From NCBI GenBank assembly GCA_964016885.1, contig OZ024760.1:3348001-3412000 (forward strand): a DNA stretch of 64,000 nt, in the 5' to 3' direction. Below, piece by piece: positions 42,331 to 55,600 of the stretch; position 1 is the stretch's first letter, and each line of letters opens with the position of its first letter. Under the pieces are notes generated by a model that did not search any database, was not told the origin of the DNA, and saw nothing but the letters and a program-made list of their open reading frames with translations. The translations under genes were made by a program, and so were the position numbers. The stretch is from Eledone cirrhosa. Taxonomy: Eukaryota.

Positions 42331-42821
42331 AAAACCATGCAACCATTGCCACCATCATCACATCAACCATGCTAACCACCTCCGCTGCCATGACAACCAC
42401 CATCCCCCCACCCCCTTCATCACAACCATTACAACGACCATCATCATCACCGCCATCATCGTCATCACCATCATCACCGCCACCATCGTCATCACCATCA
42501 GCACCGCCACCATATCACAACAAACATCCCTTCTACACACCACCACCATTACCTTCACCTAGCACCATAGCCCCAATACCATCAACATCACCACCACAAC
42601 CAAGAGCACTACTACCCTTTCCAATCTGGACACCACCACTCACCACTACCATTACAACCAAGAACCCCCCCCCCCCCATCCACCTACACACACACAACCA
42701 GCACCTTTACACATCCCTCATTACTACCACCGCCACCCCCAGCAGCACATGCCTCACCCCCACCATTGAAGCAAGAGCACCACTACCCCACCACCACCAC
42801 CATCATCACCCAAACCATCAC

Positions 42822-43265
42822 CATAACAAGCAAGAGCACCATTACCCCACCACCACCACCACCATAACAAGCAAGAGCACCATTACCCCACCACCACCAC
42901 CACCATAACAAGCAAGAGCACCATTACCCCACCACCACCACCATAACAAGCAAGAGCACCATTACCCCACCACCACCACCATAACAAGCAAGAGCACCAT
43001 TACCCCACCACCACCACCATAACAAGCAAGAGCACCATTACCCCCACCACCACCACCATAACAAGCAAGAGCACCATTACCCCACCACCACCACCATAAC
43101 AAGCAAGAGCACCATTACCCCACCACCACCACCACCATAACAAGCAAGAGCACCATTACCCCACCACCACCACCATAACAAGCAAGAGCACCATTACCCC
43201 ACCACCATCACCATAACAAGCAAGAGCACCACCACCACCACCATCACCATTACAAGCAAGAGCAT
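42822..43265. repeat. 38-41-bp minisatellite CAAGCAAGAGCACCATTACCC(CAC)nCATAA, ~11 copies
   Basis: Period of 38 measured between 42943 and 42981; unit length varies mainly by CAC count. Confidence 0.92.
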
Positions 43266-43592
43266 CGCTACCCCCTCCACCACTATCATGACTCCCTCCC
43301 CTTCATTCTTCTTCCTTTGTTATTGAATATTAAGTTGGACTCGTGCCGTTTGATCGACACACATCACTGAACAATATTTTTCAGTTGTTGTTGTTGTTAC
43401 CGATGTTGTTGTTATCCTTGTTACTATATATATTATATATATATATATATATATTATATATTATATATATTATATATATATAATATACACACACATATAT
43501 ATACACATATATATATATATATATACACATATCTATGTATACATAAATATATGTATGTATATATGAATATATATATATACATATACATTTCA

Positions 43593-43681
<89 letters not shown>

Positions 43682-44133
43682 TTATAATATATATAATAAG
43701 GTTTAACAAATGTATTTCATTCATCATTGAATTCTTCTGAACTTAAGAAACTTATTGTAGATGTGCATATATACATATATACATGTATACACACATACAT
43801 GTATATATATATGCACATACATACCTATATATATATATGTGTCTGTGTGTTAAGAAAAAGAAGAACAGTAAGAAAAGCAAGAGAGGGAGAGTGGAAGGAA
43901 TTTAGAAATGGGTCGGCGTGAGTGTGTGTGTGTGTGGGGTGGGGGGTATAGTTTCGAAATTAGGGCCGTTAAATTCCATATCAAGATAAAGCTTGGAGAC
44001 ATCGAAAAAGGAAATGGACTTGAATCTTAAATGAAATTATTTAAGTTAATGGTCCTCCGTCGGTTTTGACGATGATTGTTTCAGTTGTGTGATCAACGGA
44101 ACAGCCTAATCGGTCGGGAAATTAACGTGTAAA

Positions 44134-44451
44134 CATACCTGTCAAATTTCCCCGTCCGACGGGGTGATCTCCTACCCTCTTTGATGGTGGGTGAGAGATG
44201 TCTTCTCTTGTGAAAATGGTTGTGAAAATGGTTTATAGCTTTCATTATGTATCCCGCCAAGGTTAACTTTGCCTTTCATCCTTACGGGGTCGATAAAATA
44301 AAGTACCAGTAATGTACTGGGTAATTGCTGGCCTTGTGCCTAAAGTAGAAACAATTATGTAAAATATCCCCATCTTGCCTCATTTCTCCTCGTTTGGGGG
44401 CACTTTTTTTCATGGTACTCCCGTTTGGGTTTTCAGAGGTTGGCAGGTCTG
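44134..44451. mobile_element. hAT-like MITE
   Basis: Imperfect TIRs catacctgtcaa / ttggcaggtctg (10/12 match); flanking duplication gtgtaaa(c) at 44127-44134 and 44452-44459. Confidence 0.7.
44252..44353 (+). mobile_element. 5'-truncated Deu/Nin SINE nested in the MITE
   Basis: Same core as the 32922 copy; TSD attatgta at 44244-44251 and 44354-44361. Confidence 0.8.
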
Positions 44452-44850
44452 GTGTAAACGACCGATCATCCCACAGACATGTGTAGCTGTAACATAATTT
44501 TCCGTGAGATTCAGCGTGGTGCTGGGTGTAACAAGGGTAGTTCTTTGCATTACAGTTAGAGTCCATCTTATATTAGAGTGTAGATGTTCTCAAATTGGAC
44601 GCTACCGTCCTCGGGGGCGTTGAGAAGGTCCAAGGAAGGAGCTGGGGCCTAAGGGGAGGGTGGGGGTAGAGATGATATAATAGTATACTAAATATCAAAT
44701 GATACATATATATAAATATAGTAAAATAAAAAATATATATTTATATATACATAGTATATATTATATTATTTATTATATATAAATTAACGATTTTATTTAT
44801 TAAATATTACTAGCAGAAAAACCACCCGTACATATATTTACACATACATA

Positions 44851-44887
<37 letters not shown>

Positions 44888-44888
44888 T

Positions 44889-45082
44889 GTGAAGGCGTGT
44901 GGCTAAGTGGTTAGAGAATTGGATTCACAATCTTGAGGTTGGGAGTTCGATTCCTGGACCGGGCGATGCGTTATGCCCTTGAGCAAGACACTTTATTTCA
45001 CGTTGCTCCTTCTACCTGGAGTTGCCACCGGTAGAAAGTATTAGCAACTGGAAAGACCGACGAAAACATTGACGAAAGTCGA
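44889..45082 (+). mobile_element. tRNA-derived SINE, second copy of the 39831 family
   Basis: A box tggctaagtgg and B box gagttcgattcc; colinear with 39831-40050 apart from a short 3' deletion. Confidence 0.85.
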
Positions 45083-45091
45083 TATATATAT

Positions 45092-45238
45092 AATTGTTTC
45101 TACTTTTGGCACAAGGCCAGCAATTACCCAGTGTATTACTGGTACTTTATTTTATCGACCCGAATAAGGATGAAAGGCAAAGTTAACCTCGACGGAATTT
45201 GAACTCAGAATGGCAAGGGCCGTAACTCTATGCGTCAA
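45092..45238 (-). mobile_element. Deu/Nin SINE, 5'-truncated, minus strand
   Basis: Diverged reverse complement of ~32967-33124. Confidence 0.8.
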
Positions 45239-45319
45239 TAAAATGGAGGAGTGAATGAATAACACGGATAAACTCAAAACCTCTATTTCGATTTCCTTAT
45301 ACGATTCCTCGTTTACTTA

Positions 45320-45391
<72 letters not shown>

Positions 45392-45678
45392 TATATATAT
45401 TTACACATACATATTTAACTGCTCTGTAAAACAACTGATGTTCATACATTGAACTATTTCTCTTACTGGTAATAAGGTAATTAAGAAATTACTGACCTTC
45501 CTATTTATAGTTGTTTATACTATATACATAACTATAAATAGTATTATTATTATTATTATTACATATCTTATTATATTATTTTTATATATATAATGTGATT
45601 AGTCGCATGCATTATTAGATGTTTGCATTTCCATAACTTTTATGTAATATTCAAACAACCCTTTCATGTATATTTATC

Positions 45679-45784
<106 letters not shown>

Positions 45785-46504
45785 TATATGGGGGTGGTAT
45801 ATTCTCAGGGATTTCTAATCTGTATTTCACCTTATTCCCCCTTTCTTAATTACATTTCTGTATATAGTTACATGTTGCTATATCAGGATAGGCCTGCACG
45901 CCGATGAACCTTTTCCTGATATTACACACATATTTGTTTTTACCTGGTTTTATTTACAATCACACTTATTTCATTTGCTTACTATTCTTTCTCTTATTTT
46001 CCCATCTTTTTCCTTTCCCTGGTTTTATGGAAAGACCAATACAAACACAGTTTTCTAGTTTCGATCTGATGATCGATTCTTTCTCTTCCCTTTACTTATA
46101 TTCTATCAACTTTTTTTAGTTAAACACAATTGAGAAATCGTAATGAAATTCGATTTGTCTTTTGGTAGCATTTTCAATGTTTCTATTTTCTCGCATGTAT
46201 TAGGCTAAAAAGCCACATTCGGTCGCAGCACCGTTAATTGTTAATATATATGTATATATATATGTGTGTGTGTGTGTGTATATACACTGTATATATATAT
46301 ATATTTATTATTATTATTTTTCTAGCAATGGCCATACTCGATAACGAGGGGGCAGGCATCATGTATGTGTGTGTGTGCACGCACGCACGTACGTACGCAT
46401 GCGTGCGTGCGTGCACACACACACACGCATGCGTGCGTGTGTATATAAAGTTTTCTTTTTACATGGAGCAAGAAACTCCTAATCTTCATTCAAACATTAA
46501 AACC

Positions 46505-46690
46505 GCTTTCTAGAGGTCCTCTTCACTGATATAAAACCTGCAACTTCGTTTGCATCCAATGATGTAGACCAGTTCTACTTTTGGGGTGAATACATTCGAT
46601 GTTCAGTGAGTGGGCTCCGTGCAAAGCCTCTCCTCGGGTTAAAAAGCTTCAAGTACAGGCATCGCTCGATAAGTGACATTTTCTTTTGCA
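46505..46690 (+). mobile_element. Diverged relative of the RTE-5'UTR-like repeat
   Basis: ctgatataaaacctgcaac...atccaatgatgtagac...aaaagcttca..acaggcatcgct is colinear with 36075-36245. Confidence 0.5.
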
Positions 46691-47048
46691 TAGTATGGTA
46701 TTGCTGGCCATAGACGAGGCCGAAGTCGGGACTTTCATGATTGTAAGCCTGTGTCCTATTTATAAAGTATAGTTCTATATGTGGACCCTCTTGTTATTAC
46801 GAACAAACAGATCCTACCCCCCCCCCCCCCCACATACATACATACATGCATTGCGAGAGATGGCAGAGCTGTGTGTGTGGCACTAGAATTCCTTATCTTT
46901 TCCGGCCAACGTTTATACATCGATGACTTATTGTGCAGGCTCTTGTGTGTGTGTGTGTGTGTCAGCCAGCGATTGTGTAACTGTATATGTTTGTGCATGT
47001 GTGTTCCATTCAGAGTTATGTAAATGTGGAAATAACTGCATATGTGAA

Positions 47049-47085
<37 letters not shown>

Positions 47086-47119
47086 GCACACATACATACG
47101 TACACACACATTATCTCTT

Positions 47120-47195
<76 letters not shown>

Positions 47196-47244
47196 GTTAA
47201 ACAATGAAGGAATAAGAAGACGGTGAAGTAGTTAATTTATCCAT

Positions 47245-47345
47245 TATTTTACGATCGTTTCAAAAACCAAAATTACCGATGTGTAGTTTAATCGAGGGCG
47301 ATTATTCATGAAAAAGCACTATTCAGCTGTCTATCCTCAGAAACA
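47245..47345 (-). ncRNA. Degenerate type I hammerhead candidate
   Basis: Minus strand reads TGTTT-CTGAGGA-(72 nt)-GAAA-CGATCG-TA-AAATA; palindromic stem III/loop and GUA triplet, but weak stems I and II. Confidence 0.4.
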
Positions 47346-47465
47346 CTATACATATATATATTTATATATATATAGTAATAATAATAAATGGGAAGACTAA
47401 AATCCAAAGAGGGCTCGATAAGGATAAATATATATCAAATATGTAAGAACCCTAGAGTAAATATT

Positions 47466-47941
<476 letters not shown>

Positions 47942-48192
47942 TATGTTTGGTGGTTCCCCACTGGATAGAACTGGTCATCCCGTTTAGTTAGCCATGATAT
48001 AATAGTAGGAAATGCACTCTATGTTACGCAACTCATCCATCGTTGATGTTGAATCCTGAGATTGGTGCAGTTCCCTTTTTTAATCAACCCTATAAGTACA
48101 TCATCTATACAAAATATGCATGTATATACATGTGATTCGTATATAAAATTTAGTCCTATTCTGTATAATAATTAGCAGTTTGGTTGGGGAGG

Positions 48193-48552
48193 TCTGGCCT
48201 AGTCTATAACCAGATTTGGAGGGAGGGAGGGAGTACATTTTACATCTGGCCTAGTTTATAACTAGATTTGGAGGGAGGGAGTACATTTTACATCTGGCCT
48301 AGTCTATAACCAGATTTGGAGGGAGGGAGGGAGTGCATTTTACGTCTGGCCTAGTCTATAACCAGATTTGGAGGGAGGGAGGGAGTACATTTTACGTCTG
48401 GCCTAGTCTATAACCAGATTTGGAGGGAGGGAGGGAGTTCATTTTACGTCTGGCCTAGTCTATAACTAGATTTGGAGGGAGGGAGTGCATTTTACATCTG
48501 GCCTAGTCTATAACCAGATTTGGAGGGAGGGAGTACATTTTACATCTGGCCT
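48193..48552. repeat. 48/52-bp minisatellite, ~7 copies
   Basis: tctggcctagtctataaccagatttgga(ggga)2-3gtacattttac repeated in tandem. Confidence 0.92.
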
Positions 48553-49038
48553 GGGTCCATTTCTAGATTTGTTGTTGTTGTTGTTGTTGTTGTATAGGGG
48601 AAATAGTGACGAGTTGTTGTTGTTGGTGGTGGTGGTGGTGGGAGTAATGACAGTGGTGGTGCTAGTGGTCATGGTCGTAGTGACGGTGGTAGTGGTGGTG
48701 GTGGTGGTCATGGTAGTGGTGGTGGTGACGGTGGTGGTGAGTCAGTCAGTCGGTACTCAGAATATAATGGAATAATATTTATTCAGGGAATTACGTGGGA
48801 AAATGCTGTAACCCCTGCCCTGGGGTGGGACGAGGGGACGAGACAGGGAATGTTGGTGGTAGTTGTGGGGATGGCGTTGTTATTGGTGGTGATGGTGCTG
48901 GAGATTAAGTTATAGCTCCGTGTAGGGTATTGATGTTGATGTTGATGATCAATCACCATGATTATAATTGCTCTCTGGCTCTCTCTCTCTTTCTATACAC
49001 ACATATGTATGTATATTTCTACACACACACACAAACAA

Positions 49039-49078
<40 letters not shown>

Positions 49079-49677
49079 TTGTACACATATATATATATAT
49101 ATGTACACATATTTGTACATATATATATACATATATTTGTGTGTGTACACACACACACACACACACATATATATATTTGTGCGAGTGTATATATGTGTGT
49201 GAGCGTATATATATATATATTTGTGCGTATATATATATATATATGAGAGAGAGATAAGATGAGATATTTGGTAATTATATCAAGTGCATGTAACCTCATG
49301 TGTAGGGAGAAGCATGTTGTTACGGTAATAGTTAAGTAAATCAGTTCCCTAGTCAGCCCCCTTCACCAGCCACAACCTGCAAGTCCCTAACCCACCATTT
49401 TGATGCCAACTAGATGTTCTGTGGGTGTTGGGCTAGCAGGCAAAAGATTAAAGCTTCGAACCTTGTCATTGGAGCTGTGTCGTTTCTGTCATGCCTCATG
49501 TTGGAAATTTACTTGTCATTGACTCACTTCCCTAACTGTGAATAGGTACCATGATGAAGTGCATCCTGCCCAGTTGTAAACTTATTTTATTGTATCATGG
49601 GTAGATATTACAAGGGTGATAATGGGCCTTCTCTGAAGACCTTCTGTTGTCCAGTTCTCATGAGAGTTCCTTACCAC

Positions 49678-52600
49678 TGTTCACCACAGTTGGTAATGTT
49701 CACGACAGTTGATAATGTTCACTACAGTTGATAATGTTTACTACAGTTGATAATGTTCACTACAGTTGGTAATGTTCACTACAGTGGATAATGTTCACCG
49801 CAGTTGATAATGTTTACCACAGTTGATGATGTTCACCATAGTTGATAATGTTCAGCATAGTTGGTAATGTTCACCATAGTTGATAATGTTCAGCATAGTT
49901 GGTAATGTTCACCATAGTTGATAATGTTCACCGCAGTTGATAATGTTCACCACAGTTGGTAATGTTCACCACAGTTGATAATGTTCACTACAGTTGATAA
50001 TGTTCACTACAGTTGATAATGTTCACCATAGTTGATAATGTTCAGCATAGTTGGTAATGTTCACCACAGTTGATAATGTTCACTATAGTTGATAATGTTC
50101 ACTACAGTTGATAATGTTCACTACAGTTGATAATGTTCACTACAGTTGATAATGTTCACCACAGTTGATAATGTTCACTATGGTTGATAATGTTCACCAC
50201 AGTTGGTAATGTTCACCGCAGTTGGTAATGTTCACCACAGTTGGTAATGTTCACCACAGTTGATAATGTTCACCACAGTTGATAATGTTCACCACAGTTG
50301 ATAATGTTCACTACAGTTGATAATGTTCACTACAGTTGATAATGTTCACCACAGTTGATAATGTTCACCACAGTTTGTAATGTTCACCACAGTTGGTAAT
50401 GTTCACCATAGTTGATAATGTTCACCACAGTTGATAATGTTCACCATAGTTGATAATGTTCACCACAGTTGATAATGTTCACCACAGTTGGTAATGTTCA
50501 CCACAGTTGGTAATGTTCACCACAGTTGATAATGTTCACCACAGTTGATAATGTTCACCACAGTTGGTAATGTTCACTACAGTTGATAATGTTCAGGGCA
50601 GTTGATAATGTTCACTACAGTTGATAATGTTCACCATAGTTGGTAACGTTCACCATAGTTAATAATGTTCACCACAGTTGATAATGTTCACCATAGTTGA
50701 TAATGTTCACCACAGTCGATAATGTTCACCACAGTTGGTAATGTTCACCATAGTTGATAATGTTCACTACAGTTGATAATGTTCACCACAGTTGATAATG
50801 TTCACTATAGTTGATAATGTTCACCACGGTTGATAATGTTCACCACAGTTGATAATGTTCACCACAGTTGGTAATGTTCACCACAGTTGATAATGTTCAC
50901 TACAGTTGATAATGTCCACAGTTGATAATGTTCACCACAGTTGATAATGTTCACTACAGTTGATATTGTTCACCACAGTTGATAATGTTCACTACAGTTG
51001 ATAATGCTCACCACAGTTGGTAATGTTCACCACAGTTGATAATGTTCACTACAGTTGATAATGTTCACCACAGTTGATAATGTTCACCACAGTTGATAAT
51101 GTTCACTACAGTTGATAATGTTCACCACAGTTGATAATGTTCACCACAGTTGATAATGTTCACTACAGTTGATAATGTTCACTACAGTTGATAATGTTCA
51201 CCACAGTTGGTAATGTTCACTACAGTTGATAATGTTCACTACAATTGATAATGTTCACCACAGTTGGTAATGTTCACTACAGTTGATAATGTTCACCACA
51301 GTTGATAATGTTCATTACAGTTAATAATGTTCACTACAGTTGATAATGCTCACCACAGTTGGTAATGTTCACCACAGTTGGTAATGTTCACCACAGTTGA
51401 TAATGTTCACTACAGTTGATAATATTCACCACGGTTGATAATGTTCACCACAGTTGATAATGTTCACCACAGTTGATAATGTTCACCACAGTTGGTAATG
51501 TTCACCATAGTTGGTAATGTTCACCACAGTTGATAATGTTCACCACAGTTGATAATGTTCACCACAGTTGATAATGTTCACCACAGTTGGTAATGTTCAC
51601 CATAGTTGATAATGTTCACTACAGTTGATAATGTTCACCACAGTTGATAATGTTCACCACGGTTGATAATGTTCACCACAGTTGGTAATGTTCACCACAG
51701 TTGGTAATGTTCACCACAGTTGATAATGTTCACTGCAGTTGATAATGTCCACAGTTGATAATGTTCACTACAGTTGATAATGTTCACTACAGTTGATATT
51801 GTTCACTACAGTTGATAATGTTCACCACAGTTGGTAATGTTCACTACAGTTGATAATGCTCACCACAGTTGGTAATGTTCACCATAGTTGGTAATGTTCA
51901 CCACAGTTGATAACGTTCACCATAGTTGATAATGTTCACCACAGTTGATAATGTTCACTACAGTTGATAATGTTCACTATAGTTGATAATGTTCACCACA
52001 GTTGATAATGTTCACCGCAGTTGATAACGTTCACCGCAGTTGATAATGTTCCCCACAGTTGATAATGTTCACCGCAGTTGGTAATGTTCACTACAGTTGA
52101 TAATGTTCACCACAGTTGATAATGTTCACCACAGTTGATAATTTTCACCGCAGTTGATAATGTTCCCCACAGTTGATAATGTTCACCGCAGTTGGTAATG
52201 TTCACTACAGTTGATAATGTTCACCACAGTTGATAATGTTCACCACAGTTGATAATTTTCACCGCAGTTGATAATGTTCACCACAGTTGATAATGTTCAC
52301 CACAGTTGATAATGTTCACCACAGTTGGTAATGTTCACTACAGTTGATAATGTTCACCACAGTTGATAATGTTCACCACAGTTGATAATGTTCACTACAG
52401 TTGATAATGTTCACCACAGTTGATAATGTTCACCGCAGTTGATAATGTTCACTACAGTTGATAATGTTCACCACAGTTGGTAATGTTTACCGCAGTTGAT
52501 AATGTTCACCACAGGTGATAATGTTCACCACAGTTGATAATGTTCACCATAGTTGGTAATGTTCACCACAGTTGGTAATGTTCACCACAGTTGATAATGT

Positions 52601-55600
52601 TCACCATAGTTGATAATGTTCACCACAGTTGATGATGTTCACTGCAGTTGATAATGTTCACCACAGTTGATAATGTTCACCATAGTTGGTAATGTTCACC
52701 ACAGTTGGTAATGTTCACCATAGTTGATAATGTTCACCACAGTTGATAATGTTCACTGCAGTTGATAATGTTCACTACAGTTGATAATGTTCACCACAGT
52801 TGATAATGTTCACTATGGTTGATAATGTTCACCACAGTTGGTAATGTTCACCGCAGTTGGTAATGTTCACCACAGTTGGTAATGTTCACCACAGTTGATA
52901 ATGTTCACCACAGTTGATAATGTTCACCACAGTTGATAATGTTCACTACAGTTGATAATGTTCACTACAGTTGATAATGTTCACCACAGTTGATAATGTT
53001 CACCACAGTTTGTAATGTTCACCACAGTTGGTAATGTTCACCATAGTTGATAATGTTCACCACAGTTGATAATGTTCACCATAGTTGATAATGTTCACCA
53101 CAGTTGATAATGTTCACCACAGTTGGTAATGTTCACCACAGTTGGTAATGTTCACCACAGTTGATAATGTTCACCACAGTTGATAATGTTCACCACAGTT
53201 GGTAATGTTCACTACAGTTGATAATGTTCAGGGCAGTTGATAATGTTCACTACAGTTGATAATGTTCACCATAGTTGGTAACGTTCACCATAGTTAATAA
53301 TGTTCACCACAGTTGATAATGTTCACCATAGTTGATAATGTTCACCACAGTCGATAATGTTCACCACAGTTGGTAATGTTCACCATAGTTGATAATGTTC
53401 ACTACAGTTGATAATGTTCACCACAGTTGATAATGTTCACTATAGTTGATAATGTTCACCACGGTTGATAATGTTCACCACAGTTGATAATGTTCACCAC
53501 AGTTGGTAATGTTCACCACAGTTGATAATGTTCACTACAGTTGATAATGTCCACAGTTGATAATGTTCACCACAGTTGATAATGTTCACTACAGTTGATA
53601 TTGTTCACCACAGTTGATAATGTTCACTACAGTTGATAATGCTCACCACAGTTGGTAATGTTCACCACAGTTGATAATGTTCACTACAGTTGATAATGTT
53701 CACCACAGTTGATAATGTTCACCACAGTTGATAATGTTCACTACAGTTGATAATGTTCACCACAGTTGATAATGTTCACCACAGTTGATAATGTTCACTA
53801 CAGTTGATAATGTTCACTACAGTTGATAATGTTCACCACAGTTGGTAATGTTCACTACAGTTGATAATGTTCACTACAATTGATAATGTTCACCACAGTT
53901 GGTAATGTTCACTACAGTTGATAATGTTCACCACAGTTGATAATGTTCATTACAGTTAATAATGTTCACTACAGTTGATAATGCTCACCACAGTTGGTAA
54001 TGTTCACCACAGTTGGTAATGTTCACCACAGTTGATAATGTTCACTACAGTTGATAATATTCACCACGGTTGATAATGTTCACCACAGTTGATAATGTTC
54101 ACCACAGTTGATAATGTTCACCACAGTTGGTAATGTTCACCATAGTTGGTAATGTTCACCACAGTTGATAATGTTCACCACAGTTGATAATGTTCACCAC
54201 AGTTGATAATGTTCACCACAGTTGGTAATGTTCACCATAGTTGATAATGTTCACTACAGTTGATAATGTTCACCACAGTTGATAATGTTCACCACGGTTG
54301 ATAATGTTCACCACAGTTGGTAATGTTCACCACAGTTGGTAATGTTCACCACAGTTGATAATGTTCACTGCAGTTGATAATGTCCACAGTTGATAATGTT
54401 CACTACAGTTGATAATGTTCACTACAGTTGATATTGTTCACTACAGTTGATAATGTTCACCACAGTTGGTAATGTTCACTACAGTTGATAATGCTCACCA
54501 CAGTTGGTAATGTTCACCATAGTTGGTAATGTTCACCACAGTTGATAACGTTCACCATAGTTGATAATGTTCACCACAGTTGATAATGTTCACTACAGTT
54601 GATAATGTTCACTATAGTTGATAATGTTCACCACAGTTGATAATGTTCACCGCAGTTGATAACGTTCACCGCAGTTGATAATGTTCCCCACAGTTGATAA
54701 TGTTCACCGCAGTTGGTAATGTTCACTACAGTTGATAATGTTCACCACAGTTGATAATGTTCACCACAGTTGATAATTTTCACCGCAGTTGATAATGTTC
54801 CCCACAGTTGATAATGTTCACCGCAGTTGGTAATGTTCACTACAGTTGATAATGTTCACCACAGTTGATAATGTTCACCACAGTTGATAATTTTCACCGC
54901 AGTTGATAATGTTCACCACAGTTGATAATGTTCACCACAGTTGATAATGTTCACCACAGTTGGTAATGTTCACTACAGTTGATAATGTTCACCACAGTTG
55001 ATAATGTTCACCACAGTTGATAATGTTCACTACAGTTGATAATGTTCACCACAGTTGATAATGTTCACCGCAGTTGATAATGTTCACTACAGTTGATAAT
55101 GTTCACCACAGTTGGTAATGTTCACCACAGTTGGTAATGTTTACCGCAGTTGATAATGTTCACCACAGTTGATAATGTTCACCACAGTTGATAATGTTCA
55201 CCATAGTTGGTAATGTTCACCACAGTTGGTAATGTTCACCACAGTTGATAATGTTCACCATAGTTGATAATGTTCACCACAGTTGATGATGTTCACTGCA
55301 GTTGATAATGTTCACCACAGTTGATAATGTTCACCATAGTTGGTAATGTTCACCACAGTTGGTAATGTTCACCATAGTTGATAATGTTCACCACAGTTGA
55401 TAATGTTCACTGCAGTTGATAATGTTCACCACAGTTGATAATGTTCACCTCAGTTGATAATGTTCACTACAGTTGATAATGTTCACCATAGTTGATAATG
55501 TTCACTACAGTTGATAATGTTCACCACAGTTGATAATGTTCACCATAGTTGATAATGTTCACCACAGTTGATAATGTTCACTACAGTTGATAATGTTCAC

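Larger units (their letters stand above)
44046..44556 (+). mobile_element. Old SINE-like repeat split by a MITE insertion
   Basis: ttaatggtcctccgtcgg...gaaattaacgtgtaaac continues after 44459 as gaccgatcatcccacagacatgtgt...gagattcagcgtg, matching a recalled cephalopod repeat. Confidence 0.5.
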
